Source: Blastocatellia bacterium
GTDB lineage: Bacteria; Acidobacteriota; Blastocatellia; UBA7656
Length of the DNA: 64,000 bases
NCBI GenBank assembly: GCA_963728545.1
Contig: CAVSKO010000002.1
Location: 4,653,817 to 4,717,816, forward strand
Direction: 5' to 3'
Shown: positions 1 through 8,944 of the stretch, one piece after another
How the letters are laid out: each line of letters starts with the position of its first letter
Position numbering within the stretch: position 1 is the stretch's first letter
Notes under the pieces: generated by a model
Seen by the model: the letters and a program-made list of their open reading frames with translations, nothing else
Told to the model about the DNA's origin: nothing
The model's database searches: none
Position numbers and translations under genes: made by a program

Positions 1-393
1 TACGGCTTCGGGAGCCAGGTCGGCTGAAAAAATCTCGTAGTACGCCGGGTCAAGCGCCGCGCGCAGTCGCTCGCGGGTTGCCGTGTCGTCAAGGCAAAGC
101 AGCACGTGTCGGCGCTGCCACTTGCTGACTTCGCTTGATTGCGGCTGCGTTTGCTTAAGACCCGACAGCAACAATTCCGCAAGCGCGCTGAGCGGGTCTT
201 TTTCCGTGCGCGCGCCCGTTGCAACCGCGTCGAGAACCCCGGCGGCGCCCGGCAATCGCGGCTCCTCTTTAGGCGGCGGCATGATAGTCACCGACTGGCG
301 GCAGCGCGGGCACAACACATTGAATGGCTCGGTAGGCAGCCTGTCATCATCAAAGCTGAGGCTCATCGCGCATTGTGGGCAACTGGCTATCAT
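1..393 (-). CDS. zinc-ribbon domain protein, 5' part only (continues past window start)
   Basis: ATG at 393-391 with GGGGAG upstream, 24 nt after the pilT stop. My translation MIASCPQCAMSLSFDDDRLPTEPFNVLCPRCRQSV has two CxxC pairs, then a VLLCLDD receiver-like stretch. Open to position 1. Absent from the ORF track because it has no stop in the window. Confidence 0.5.
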   Translation of the reverse strand, partial: MIASCPQCAMSLSFDDDRLPTEPFNVLCPRCRQSVTIMPPPKEEPRLPGAAGVLDAVATGARTEKDPLSALAELLLSGLKQTQPQSSEVSKWQRRHVLLCLDDTATRERLRAALDPAYYEIFSADLAPEAV

Positions 394-417
394 CTGTCTC
401 CCCTTCGGTTCCTAGGT

Positions 418-1611
418 TTATCTCTCAACAATGTCTGCGCGCGCGCGCGCCATCGAATCTGCTGCGCGCGGGATGAAGTTGCGCTCTTCGCGGCGACTCA
501 GCATGTCGTCGGAAGTCCCAAGCCCCGACAGCCGCAGCAGCAAATTCGACGGGTTGGTAGCAAAGGCCAGACCGTCTTCACGGGTGATCACCTTGCTGCG
601 AATCATCCGCTCTATCACCTGATCGAAGTGCTGCATACCTTCAAGCTCGCCGTCGTTCATCGCCTCAAGCAAGGTCTTGCCTTCGGTTTCACCCTGCTCT
701 ATGTACTCGCGAGTGCGCGGAGTCGCTTTGCATATCTCGACCGCCGCGATGCGGCCCGACCCGTCCGCGCGGGGGATCAGCCGCTGCGTGACGATGTAGC
801 GAAACGCCTGCGCCAGCCTCGTGCGTATGACGTGCTCTTCGGATTTCGGGTAGATGCCGATAATTCGATTAACGGTCTTTGACGCATCGGTCGTGTGCAA
901 AGTCGATAGAACCAGGTGGCCCGTTTCCGAGGCTTCGAGCGCGATCTCGGTCGTCTCCATATCGCGCATCTCGCCCACGAGTATTACCTTCGGGGCCTGG
1001 CGCAGCGCCGCACGCAGCCCGAGCGCAAAGGCGGGCGTGTCCGTACCCAGCTCCCGCTGATTGATCGTAGATTTCTTGTGCGAGTGCAGGAACTCTATCG
1101 GGTCTTCGATAGTGACTATGTGGTAGCTGTACTCGTTGTTGATCTTGTCTATGATGGCTGCGAGTGTAGATGATTTGCCCGACCCCGTCGGCCCCGTCAA
1201 CAGGACTATTCCGTTCTTGAGATGAGATATGTCTCCGAGATGCGTCGGCAATGACAAACTTTCAATCGTAGGCACGTTCGTAGGAATCACGCGCATGACT
1301 ACGGATATAGAGCCGCGCTGTTTGAAGATGTTTACGCGAAAGCGGACCCTGCTCGGTATTGCGTAGCTTATATCAGCCGCGCCGGTCTGTATGAAGCGGC
1401 GGGCCGCGTCGAGATTGCCTTCCATTAACGACATCGCGATTATTTCGGTCTGGTAAGGCGTCAGCGTTCTGAGTCCTTTTATATCGACGGGCGTGAGCTT
1501 GCCGTTTATTTCGACCTGGGGCGGTCGTCCCACTGAGAAGTTTAAGTCGGAGATATTATCGGCCACCGAAAGCATCTTTTCGAGGATCGGCGGGAGGTCG
1601 AAGAAACTCAT
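418..1611 (-). CDS. pilT: type IV pilus retraction ATPase, PilT/PilU family
   Basis: 397-aa ORF with Walker A GPTGSGKSST, Walker B ILVGEMRD and the LVLSTLHT His-box region typical of PilT-type hexameric ATPases. Confidence 0.9.
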   Translation of the reverse strand: MSFFDLPPILEKMLSVADNISDLNFSVGRPPQVEINGKLTPVDIKGLRTLTPYQTEIIAMSLMEGNLDAARRFIQTGAADISYAIPSRVRFRVNIFKQRGSISVVMRVIPTNVPTIESLSLPTHLGDISHLKNGIVLLTGPTGSGKSSTLAAIIDKINNEYSYHIVTIEDPIEFLHSHKKSTINQRELGTDTPAFALGLRAALRQAPKVILVGEMRDMETTEIALEASETGHLVLSTLHTTDASKTVNRIIGIYPKSEEHVIRTRLAQAFRYIVTQRLIPRADGSGRIAAVEICKATPRTREYIEQGETEGKTLLEAMNDGELEGMQHFDQVIERMIRSKVITREDGLAFATNPSNLLLRLSGLGTSDDMLSRREERNFIPRAADSMARARADIVER

Positions 1612-1745
1612 TCTTGTCTCCTGAATTTAAGCGTCTGAAGTTAAGCGTCCGCTTTTCGAGGGTCTGGTGATCGAGGTAGGGGCAACAGACGTTTCAGGTG
1701 TTGACAAGATACGATAAGAAGATAGAAAGGGCAATACTATTTTAA

Positions 1746-1792
1746 AGTAATGAGTGACGAGTCAAAGGGCTTTTAACTCATCACTCATCACT
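1746..1792 (-). terminator. imperfect hairpin after the 1798-2862 gene, with arms built from GTGATGA-type heptamers
   Basis: Arms agtaatgagtgacgagt (1746-1762) and aactcatcactcatcact (1775-1792) are near-complementary with 2 mismatches. The hairpin lies directly downstream of the minus-strand stop at 1798. Confidence 0.35.
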
Positions 1793-1797
1793 GCTAA

Positions 1798-2862
1798 TTA
1801 ACGCGAGCGGGGGCGCTCGGTACGAATTATCATCTCGGTTCCCGGCTCCAGCACCAGGTCTTTGTCGCCTTCCACATAAACGGTGCCGACGCCGCCAGCG
1901 CCGCCTATCACGGCCCCCAGCACAGCGCCTTTAGCTCCGCCGATGATCCCGCCTATGATGGCTCCGGCAGCAGCGCCGACGCCGCCGCGCACCTGCGAGT
2001 CTTTGCTGCGGCTGCCCGATTGAACGTTGCCTTCCTCATCCACTTTCTTTACCGTCTCAGACTCTATGATCTTTTCGAGGCTCGCAGTAATCTCAGCATC
2101 TCTTCCATCCTGAAGCCTGATACGGTCGAACGCCAGCGCCAGCTCGGTTCGCCCCGTCACGCGGCCCGAGCGATTGATGTTGGCGATGTGGCCTTCGATT
2201 ATCGCGTCACGGTACAGGTCGGGCGAGATGACGACCGCTTCAAACTTGTCCCCGGATCGATTGTTCTTTGTGTTGATAGGCGATGTCAGCCTGATCTCTA
2301 GCGCCGTGCCGCCAGGTATGTTCAGCGGCTCGGGGCCTTGAGGCCGATTGTCATCCCGCCTCGGCCTTGTTTGCTGCGGCGGCGGGTCTTGCTGCGGCGG
2401 CGGATCATCTCGTCGAAAATCGTTATCGCGCGATTGCTGATCCCTGGCCCTTTGCGCGTTGGCGAGCACGGCGGCCTTAGCAATCACAGCCCCGTTGGCC
2501 GGGACGGCTGTGCTGCGCGCGCGACCGTAGTAGCCGTCCGTGTGTCCTATCTCAAACCCGAGATCATACCCTTGTGTGTATTCTACATTCGCCGCGTGAC
2601 GGGCGTCATACATCTGGTCGCGGCGGCGAAAACCGTCCGACGATTGAAAATCACGAGGCACGCCCTGACGCCAGTCGGCCTGCCCCTGCGTGAATCCATC
2701 ACCATAACCTTTTTGATAGCCTTGATTGTAAATGCTGGGCGGCACTTTAGCCGCGGGCTTTGCGGGGGCTTTGCGCTGCGAGAAAGCCGAGCCTGCAAAC
2801 AACGCCGTTATCATAATGCTTGCCAGAAGGGCCGAGAGAGTCGTTCGCCCCACTTTCCTCAT
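1798..2862 (-). CDS. exported protein with C-terminal glycine-zipper
   Basis: The ORF track gives 1798..2910. AAGGAGG sits 9 nt before the ATG at 2862 (MRKVGRTTLSALLASIMITALFAGSAFS signal-like N-terminus). It has a DPPPQQ x2 linker and a C-terminal GGVGAAAGAIIGGIIGGAKGAVLGAVIGGAGG stretch. Confidence 0.6.
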   Translation of the reverse strand: MRKVGRTTLSALLASIMITALFAGSAFSQRKAPAKPAAKVPPSIYNQGYQKGYGDGFTQGQADWRQGVPRDFQSSDGFRRRDQMYDARHAANVEYTQGYDLGFEIGHTDGYYGRARSTAVPANGAVIAKAAVLANAQRARDQQSRDNDFRRDDPPPQQDPPPQQTRPRRDDNRPQGPEPLNIPGGTALEIRLTSPINTKNNRSGDKFEAVVISPDLYRDAIIEGHIANINRSGRVTGRTELALAFDRIRLQDGRDAEITASLEKIIESETVKKVDEEGNVQSGSRSKDSQVRGGVGAAAGAIIGGIIGGAKGAVLGAVIGGAGGVGTVYVEGDKDLVLEPGTEMIIRTERPRSR

Positions 2863-2931
2863 CTTACTCATCCTCCTTATTTGTCGATTGCGATTGATTG
2901 AATTTAGCAATCGGGTGATAGCAAATCAAAC

Positions 2932-5439
2932 TCATTGCGTTTTACGCGCCGACTCTTCGATGCTTTCAATTGCGCGGTGAGATGCCACGCGTATCTGGCC
3001 TACTGCTTCGGTGCGCTCGATCTCTCGCAAAATCTTGAGCACCGCAGGGTCGCCCGTGCGACCGAGCGCGCGCGTGGCGACAAGGCGCATGCGCGCCGAG
3101 CTCTCTTTGGTTATCGCTGTCAGGTGTTTGATGACGCGCTCGCGTTCGCTTTTATGCTCTTTCGCGAGCGTACCCAGCGCGTTCATCGCGCCGATGCGCG
3201 CGCTCCGCGGGCGGCCATAACGGGACCACTCGATGGCGAGGTCTATGCCCCGTTTCTCTTTCATAAAGGCGAGCGCGTCAAAAACGGCCGAGCGAATCAC
3301 GTCTTGATAAGACTCCCGCTCAAGCGCCCGCGTTAATACCTCGAACGCCCCCTGGTGCCCGCTGTGGCCGATTGCGCGAATGCTGGTTGTCGCCACAAAC
3401 AGGGACTCGTCACGCTCAAGCGCGCGCAACAGAGCCTCGTAAGCTCGCTCGTCTTTCTTGTAAGCGCCGATCCCCCACACCGCCCCGCGACGGACTCGCC
3501 CGTCCGCCGACCGGTTGTAAGCTCGTATCAGAACGTCTAAAGCGCCGCCGCTTCCCTCTTCGCCCAGCGCCGAGAGGGCAGCCACTTTTACGGCCCAGAA
3601 ACCGTCCTGCTTAACAGCTTCGCCAAGCGCGGCGATAACGTCACTGCCCCGGAAAGCCCCCAGCTCGCGCGCGGCGCGCAGTCGGGCCGTCACGTCATCG
3701 CTTCGCTTGAGCAGGTACATCAAGTCTTCTTTCGGTCGGTCGAAGGCGAGGCGTTTTAGCACGCGGTTGTGCCGGTCGAAGTTTATTGCCAGCGGGAGGC
3801 TTTCGACGTTGAAGTAAAAATCGTGCTCGGCGCGCTCTATCATCACGCGAAAGACGCGCGGGCCGCTTTTTGTAATCACTTCGATATCGACCGGCGTCTT
3901 AAATATTGGCGTGATCTCATCAACCTTTTGCGCCTGTCGCACCGTCACGCGCAGCATGCGCGCTTGCGCGTCGTAGCTTTGCGTGACTTCAAATTCAGGA
4001 TAGCCGCCCCGCATCAACCACTGATGGAAAAACCAGTCGAGGTTCTGACCCGTTACTTCTTCTATCGAGCGGCGCAAGTCATCCGTTTCGACGGTCTGCC
4101 ATTCAAATTTTTTCAAGTAATACCGAATCGACTTAAAGAACGCTTCATCGCCCAAAACGTATCTGAGCATGTCCAACACCAGCTCGCCTTTTTGATAAGT
4201 GTGGCGGTCGAACATCTCTGTCACATAGGTGTAGTGGTTAAAGATTATGGGGCGACGATACCTGCCGCGATCTTCCTGAATATAGTTTATGTATTCCTGA
4301 ATCAAGTAGAACCGCGCTTCGTCCCATCCCTGGTCCTGCTCTTTGTAAAGCGTCTCTGCGTAAGTGGCAAAGCCTTCGTTCAGCCACACGTGCGACCAGT
4401 CTTTGCAGGTCACTATGTTGCCCCACCATTGATGCGCGAGCTCGTGCGCTACGAGGTCTTCGTTCGATACGTCGCGCGCGGCCTGTTGGTCGAGCAGCGC
4501 GCGGTCGGCGATGGTCGTGGCCGTAGTGTTTTCCATCGCGCCGAAAAGAAAATCGCTCACGATCACCTGATCGTATTTCGGATAAGGATACTGGTAATCA
4601 AACAGCTTCGAGAAATGCTTCATCATATCCGGCGTTTTTCGAAAGAGTGCGGGCGCGTCGCCGACCCGGTTTTCGTAGACGTAGTAACGAACGGGCCTGC
4701 CTTTGTATGAATCTTTGATCTCGGCGTATTTGCCTATTGCTATCGAAACCAGATATGCCGGGTGCGGGTAATCATGCGAGTAGTGATAAGTTTTTGCGCC
4801 GTTCTTTTTATCCTGTTTTACCGAAACCAGGCGGCCATTCGAGATCGCGATTTGATCTTCGCGGACTGTCACTATCACTTCCGAGGTCATCTTATCGTTA
4901 GGGTGATCGAAGCAAGGGAACCAGTGATGATTATCCGTGTCTTCGCCCTGCGACCAGACCTGATGCGGGCGGTCGGGGTAAGCTTCGTCGGGCCTTATAA
5001 AGTAAAGCCCCGCGCGCGGGCGGCAACTGTAATCGAGTACGACTGTCAGGGGCTTGCCGGCAGGGTAGGCATCATCGAGCGCGATCCATAACTTATCTTC
5101 GTAGGTCTTAAAGCTCGGCGCATCTCGAAGCCTTCGACCGCGCTTTATCGCCACGCGCGCGAAGCTCATATCCGCCGCGTCAAACCAGATTTCGCTCAAC
5201 CCATCGGCGAACGGTTTGACGGTTATCGTGGCACGGCCACGGACTTCGCCCGCGTCCTGATCTATGTCAAGCTCAAGCCGCGTGTGCTCTACATCAAAAG
5301 TGCGGCTCGGCCCGTATCGAGGCTCGCCCTTGGGCTCCCCGCGCTCAAGCGGCGGCGTCAATTCATAGATGTCAAGGTCGGTCATCTGTCGCGGGTCCAT
5401 AAGCGAAGGGTGGACAAGTGAATCGACTTCACGACGCAT
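2932..5439 (-). CDS. pepN: M1-family zinc aminopeptidase (aminopeptidase N-like) with C-terminal HEAT-like repeats
   Basis: 835 aa with the GAMEN exopeptidase motif (FGAMENTT) and HEXXH-18-E (HELAHQWWGN ... WLNEGFA). The C-terminal 250 aa are Ala/Leu-rich helical repeats. Confidence 0.9.
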   Translation of the reverse strand: MRREVDSLVHPSLMDPRQMTDLDIYELTPPLERGEPKGEPRYGPSRTFDVEHTRLELDIDQDAGEVRGRATITVKPFADGLSEIWFDAADMSFARVAIKRGRRLRDAPSFKTYEDKLWIALDDAYPAGKPLTVVLDYSCRPRAGLYFIRPDEAYPDRPHQVWSQGEDTDNHHWFPCFDHPNDKMTSEVIVTVREDQIAISNGRLVSVKQDKKNGAKTYHYSHDYPHPAYLVSIAIGKYAEIKDSYKGRPVRYYVYENRVGDAPALFRKTPDMMKHFSKLFDYQYPYPKYDQVIVSDFLFGAMENTTATTIADRALLDQQAARDVSNEDLVAHELAHQWWGNIVTCKDWSHVWLNEGFATYAETLYKEQDQGWDEARFYLIQEYINYIQEDRGRYRRPIIFNHYTYVTEMFDRHTYQKGELVLDMLRYVLGDEAFFKSIRYYLKKFEWQTVETDDLRRSIEEVTGQNLDWFFHQWLMRGGYPEFEVTQSYDAQARMLRVTVRQAQKVDEITPIFKTPVDIEVITKSGPRVFRVMIERAEHDFYFNVESLPLAINFDRHNRVLKRLAFDRPKEDLMYLLKRSDDVTARLRAARELGAFRGSDVIAALGEAVKQDGFWAVKVAALSALGEEGSGGALDVLIRAYNRSADGRVRRGAVWGIGAYKKDERAYEALLRALERDESLFVATTSIRAIGHSGHQGAFEVLTRALERESYQDVIRSAVFDALAFMKEKRGIDLAIEWSRYGRPRSARIGAMNALGTLAKEHKSERERVIKHLTAITKESSARMRLVATRALGRTGDPAVLKILREIERTEAVGQIRVASHRAIESIEESARKTQ

Positions 5440-5696
5440 TTTTATTATCTCCGGCTGTTCGTTTATTCGGCCACCGCGAGGGCGGGCAGCAGTTGAGGAG
5501 CGCCCTGCGCGCTACAAGGGACGATTGATGAATTCCATGGAATCTAAATACAGGCGTCGGGATCAGCGTGCGATTAACGGCCCGGCGCTTTTGAAACGCG
5601 GGTCACAGTTTACCAAAGCGAGTCAGGTTTGTCTTGAATAGCGCGTTGATTTTTCCGAGCGCGACTGTAATATTTCTCGGTCTCGGCGAAATCAGT

Positions 5697-6473
5697 ATGA
5701 GCATACATTCCACCTCAATCATAAGCGAAGCGGCGCGGTTGGGCGCAGGCGTCACGGTCGGCCCGTTTGCAGTGATCGAGCCGGACACAGAGATAGGCGA
5801 AGGCACAGAGATACGCGCTCACGCCACGGTCAAGCGGTATACCGCGATGGGGCCTTCAAACGTCGTTTATGAGGGCGCGGTCCTGGGCGGCGAGCCGCAA
5901 GACATAAGCTTCAACGAGTGCGAAAGCCGCCTGATAATCGGGGCGCGTAACCGCATACGAGAAGGCGTGACCATGCATCGCGGGACTCAACCGGGGAGCG
6001 AAACGCGCGTCGGCTCGGACTGTTTTTTTATGGCCTGCTCGCACGTGGCGCATAACTGTCTGATCGGAGACCGCGTAATCCTGGCAAACAACGTCGCGCT
6101 CGCGGGCCACATCGAGATCGAAGACGGGGCATTCATATCGGGCGGCGTTGTCGTTCATCAATTCTGCCGCATAGGTCGGCTGGCGATGGTCGGCGGGAAT
6201 TCAAAGATAGTGCAAGATTGTTTGCCGTTTGTGATAACGGATGGCAACCCCGGCCGCGCGCGCGGCCTGAATCTGGTCGGGCTTCGCCGGGCGGGGTTCA
6301 AATCGAGCGAGATTAAAAATCTAAAGCTTGCTTATCAGTTATTGCTGCGGTCGGGCCTCGCGCTCGAAGAAGCGCTCTCGCGGTTAAGCGATATAAACGA
6401 CCCTTTGGTTGATCATCTTATAAATTTCGCCCGCACGTCCAAGCGCGGCTTCTGTCATGTACGTACTGATTGA
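5697..6473 (+). CDS. lpxA: acyl-ACP:UDP-GlcNAc O-acyltransferase
   Basis: Left-handed beta-helix hexapeptide repeats followed by the LpxA C-terminal helical domain (GLNLVGLRRAGF, LKLAYQLL). The ATG at 5697 is in frame within track ORF 5634..6473. Confidence 0.9.
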   Translation: MSIHSTSIISEAARLGAGVTVGPFAVIEPDTEIGEGTEIRAHATVKRYTAMGPSNVVYEGAVLGGEPQDISFNECESRLIIGARNRIREGVTMHRGTQPGSETRVGSDCFFMACSHVAHNCLIGDRVILANNVALAGHIEIEDGAFISGGVVVHQFCRIGRLAMVGGNSKIVQDCLPFVITDGNPGRARGLNLVGLRRAGFKSSEIKNLKLAYQLLLRSGLALEEALSRLSDINDPLVDHLINFARTSKRGFCHVRTD

Positions 6474-6573
6474 CATCGATTTACATATTTGATATACCCC
6501 CTCTGTAACGACAGTCACTTTCTCGTCTTTAGTTTTGTTCTTTGTTCCATCCTTAAATGAAGGGAGACTGCAT

Positions 6574-7179
6574 ATGATTACTCATAACAAAGGAATTCAC
6601 TTACTTGCGCTTGTTGCTTTTGGGCTACTCGTTGCGGCAGGCGGTAAAACAGCATCTTTGAGCAGCCCTGCTATTACTCAAGCTCCCGTTGAAGGAGAAA
6701 GAAAGGCCGAAATTAATATAGCACGCGGGCTACCTGTTTCCGTTATCTCCGTAAAGAATCTCCAAAATGAAGAGTGGCTTAAGGATCTAGAAATCGAAGT
6801 AGAGAACATATCAAACAGGCTCATCTATTCAATGGAGGTCGATTTAAATTTTCCTGATATACCGAAAACCACAGAGGTCGATGGCATACCACGCGGATAC
6901 GGATTTACGCTAAGATACGGCAGACTTGACTTAATACAAAGTCGTAGCTTCGCGACTTCTGAAGATATTCCAATTCGACCCCGCGAAAAATACATATTTA
7001 AGATTCCCGAACCGTATTGGAAAGGGATTAAGTCTCACTTAGTTAAGCGAGACCTCCCGGAATTAATTATAAAAAGAATCAGAATAAAGATTTCCACGCT
7101 CAGTTTTGGAGATGGCACAGGATTCATTGATGGAGCAGTTTTGCCGGTTAAACAAGTTTCAAGGACACACTCTGTTTGA
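6574..7179 (+). CDS. hypothetical membrane-anchored/exported protein, paralogue A
   Basis: GAAGGGAG RBS before the ATG at 6574. Hydrophobic N-terminus LLALVAFGLLVAAGG. About 190 aa align colinearly with the N-terminus of the next ORF ([29 protein letters not shown] vs [29 protein letters not shown]). AT-rich codon usage. Confidence 0.7.
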   Translation: MITHNKGIHLLALVAFGLLVAAGGKTASLSSPAITQAPVEGERKAEINIARGLPVSVISVKNLQNEEWLKDLEIEVENISNRLIYSMEVDLNFPDIPKTTEVDGIPRGYGFTLRYGRLDLIQSRSFATSEDIPIRPREKYIFKIPEPYWKGIKSHLVKRDLPELIIKRIRIKISTLSFGDGTGFIDGAVLPVKQVSRTHSV

Positions 7180-7195
7180 CTAAAGGAGGCTGTTT

Positions 7196-8842
7196 ATGAT
7201 TACTAACAAAAAATGGGTTCACTTACTCGTGCTTGTTGTTTTTGGGTTACTCATTGCGGCAAGTGGTAAAATAGTAAGTTCGAGCAATCCTGCTATTACT
7301 CAAACTCCTGTTGGAGAAGAAAGAAAGTCTAACGTTGAGATAGCACGAGGTCTGCCTGTAACTGTTACCTCCGTAAAGAACTTGCAAAATGAGAATTGGC
7401 TTAAAGATTTGGAAATCGAAGTGCAGAATAACTCAACCAAGCCTATTTATTGCTTAACTGTGTACCTGAGATTTCCAGATATACCAGAAACCACAGAGGT
7501 AGACGGCATACCGCGTGGTTACGTATTTCTACTGCTATACGGCAGACCAGAACTGTACAAGGGTGTCGAAACCGCAACTTCTGAAGATGTGCCAATAAAA
7601 CCGGGCGAGAGATACGTCTTTAGGATTCCCGAGTCTCAATGGAAAGGACTTAAATCCGAGCTAGCCAGAAGAAATATACCGGAATCTATAATTAAAAGAA
7701 TTCGGATACAGGTTCCTACACTTATATTTGGAGATGGTTCAGGATTCCGGGACAGAACACAGGTCCCGGCCAAACAAACCTCAAGTACCTATCAATTCCC
7801 AGACCTCAGAAGCAGCACACCTGTTAACAATGTAGTAGCGTTGGTGAATAAACAATTTACGAGAAACTTCAGCATTCCTCTTAAAGTTAAAGCAACCAAC
7901 TCAAAATCAAGCGCGACGAAGCCACGCGACTCATGCGGACCTCCGCTTTCTGGCTGCCGCAGGTATAACTTAGTCGTCAACCAATGCCCCTCAGGTGGTC
8001 GCTGCTTTAAGCAATTTTACACAGAAAGTTCAGGTGGCATATGTTATGGCCAGATAGATCACACTACTTTACCTTGCGAGGATGGAGGAATTACTTATAC
8101 CTGCATATTAGATACTGGATATACCTGTGAAGAAACTGTTGAGTGCGGAACCCATTGTTCTACAAAAGAGTGTTACGATTGCGAAAATTATGAGGGTGGG
8201 ATATGGAATAGTAGTAATTGCTTTTGTGATAATAGCGGAGGAGGAGGAGGATGTGAAATATTATTTTGTGCAGGGCCTATCGACCCAATCGCCTGTGTCT
8301 GCATCGGCAGCCCTATAGTGATAGATATTCAAGGCAATGGCTTTGATCTTACAAATGCTGTCGGCGGCGTCCGATTCGACCTCAGCCCTGGCGGCGCACC
8401 TGAACAGGTTTCCTGGACTTCCACCAACTCCGACGACGCATGGCTGGCGCTTGACCGCAACGGCAACGGCTTAATAGATAACGGCGCAGAGCTTTTCGGC
8501 AATTTCACACCGCAAACGGCCTCATCTGAACCGAATGGCTTTATAGCGCTCGCCGAATTCGACAAGCTCGCGAGAGGCGGCAACCGTGACGGCAAGATAA
8601 ATAGCAATGATGCAATATTCTCATCCTTGCGATTGTGGCAGGACAGCAATCATAACGCCATATCAGAATCAAACGAGCTACGCTCGCTGCCTGCGCTTGG
8701 GCTGGCAGCTATTGACCTTGATTACAGAGAGTCGAGGCGGCGCGACCAGCATGGAAACCAGTTCCGGTATCGGGCAAAAGTGCGCGACACGCGAGGGGCG
8801 CAACTTGGCCGGTGGGCGTGGGATGTATACTTGATCTACTAG
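7196..8842 (+). CDS. hypothetical exported protein, paralogue B: shared N-module + 18-Cys module + RTX-like Ca-binding C-terminal domain
   Basis: 548 aa with AAGGAGG before the ATG. The N-terminal 200 aa are paralogous to 6574..7179. Residues 247-369 hold 18 Cys. The C-terminus ([13 protein letters not shown] ... [18 protein letters not shown] ... [13 protein letters not shown] ... [10 protein letters not shown]) resembles the DxNxDGxID repeats of RTX/hemolysin-type adhesins. Confidence 0.75.
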   Translation: MITNKKWVHLLVLVVFGLLIAASGKIVSSSNPAITQTPVGEERKSNVEIARGLPVTVTSVKNLQNENWLKDLEIEVQNNSTKPIYCLTVYLRFPDIPETTEVDGIPRGYVFLLLYGRPELYKGVETATSEDVPIKPGERYVFRIPESQWKGLKSELARRNIPESIIKRIRIQVPTLIFGDGSGFRDRTQVPAKQTSSTYQFPDLRSSTPVNNVVALVNKQFTRNFSIPLKVKATNSKSSATKPRDSCGPPLSGCRRYNLVVNQCPSGGRCFKQFYTESSGGICYGQIDHTTLPCEDGGITYTCILDTGYTCEETVECGTHCSTKECYDCENYEGGIWNSSNCFCDNSGGGGGCEILFCAGPIDPIACVCIGSPIVIDIQGNGFDLTNAVGGVRFDLSPGGAPEQVSWTSTNSDDAWLALDRNGNGLIDNGAELFGNFTPQTASSEPNGFIALAEFDKLARGGNRDGKINSNDAIFSSLRLWQDSNHNAISESNELRSLPALGLAAIDLDYRESRRRDQHGNQFRYRAKVRDTRGAQLGRWAWDVYLIY

Positions 8843-8882
8843 CCTATAAGCTGATTCGGCATTACTTCGACATTGAATCACA

Positions 8883-8926
8883 AAGCCGCCAGCAAATCAG
8901 GCTGATTTGCTGGCGGCTTCGTTTTA
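8883..8926. terminator. strong rho-independent (possibly bidirectional) terminator
   Basis: aagccgccagcaaatcag / ctgatttgctggcggctt form perfect 18-nt arms, followed by cgttttata. It sits between convergent genes ending at 8842 (+) and 8945 (-). Confidence 0.8.
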
Positions 8927-8944
8927 TACATTTCTCGCAACGGC

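Noticed and set aside
139-882. 247-aa ORF (and 83..415, 431..622, 854..1173) overlapping pilT and the zinc-ribbon gene on the other strand
   Set aside because: These are Arg/Ala-rich shadow ORFs typical of high-GC DNA, lying antisense to a gene with clear PilT motifs. They have no domain signal.
3769-4710. 313-aa plus-strand ORF inside the M1 aminopeptidase gene. The same class includes 10592..11452, 18476..19132, 23351..24136, 33445..34233, 35394..35963, 35633..36259, 37897..38952, 50932..51777 and 58270..59262
   Set aside because: All are antisense to ORFs with unambiguous family motifs (HEXXH, GGDEF, Walker boxes, GroEL and others). They show the Arg/His/Pro-rich composition of GC-driven open frames.
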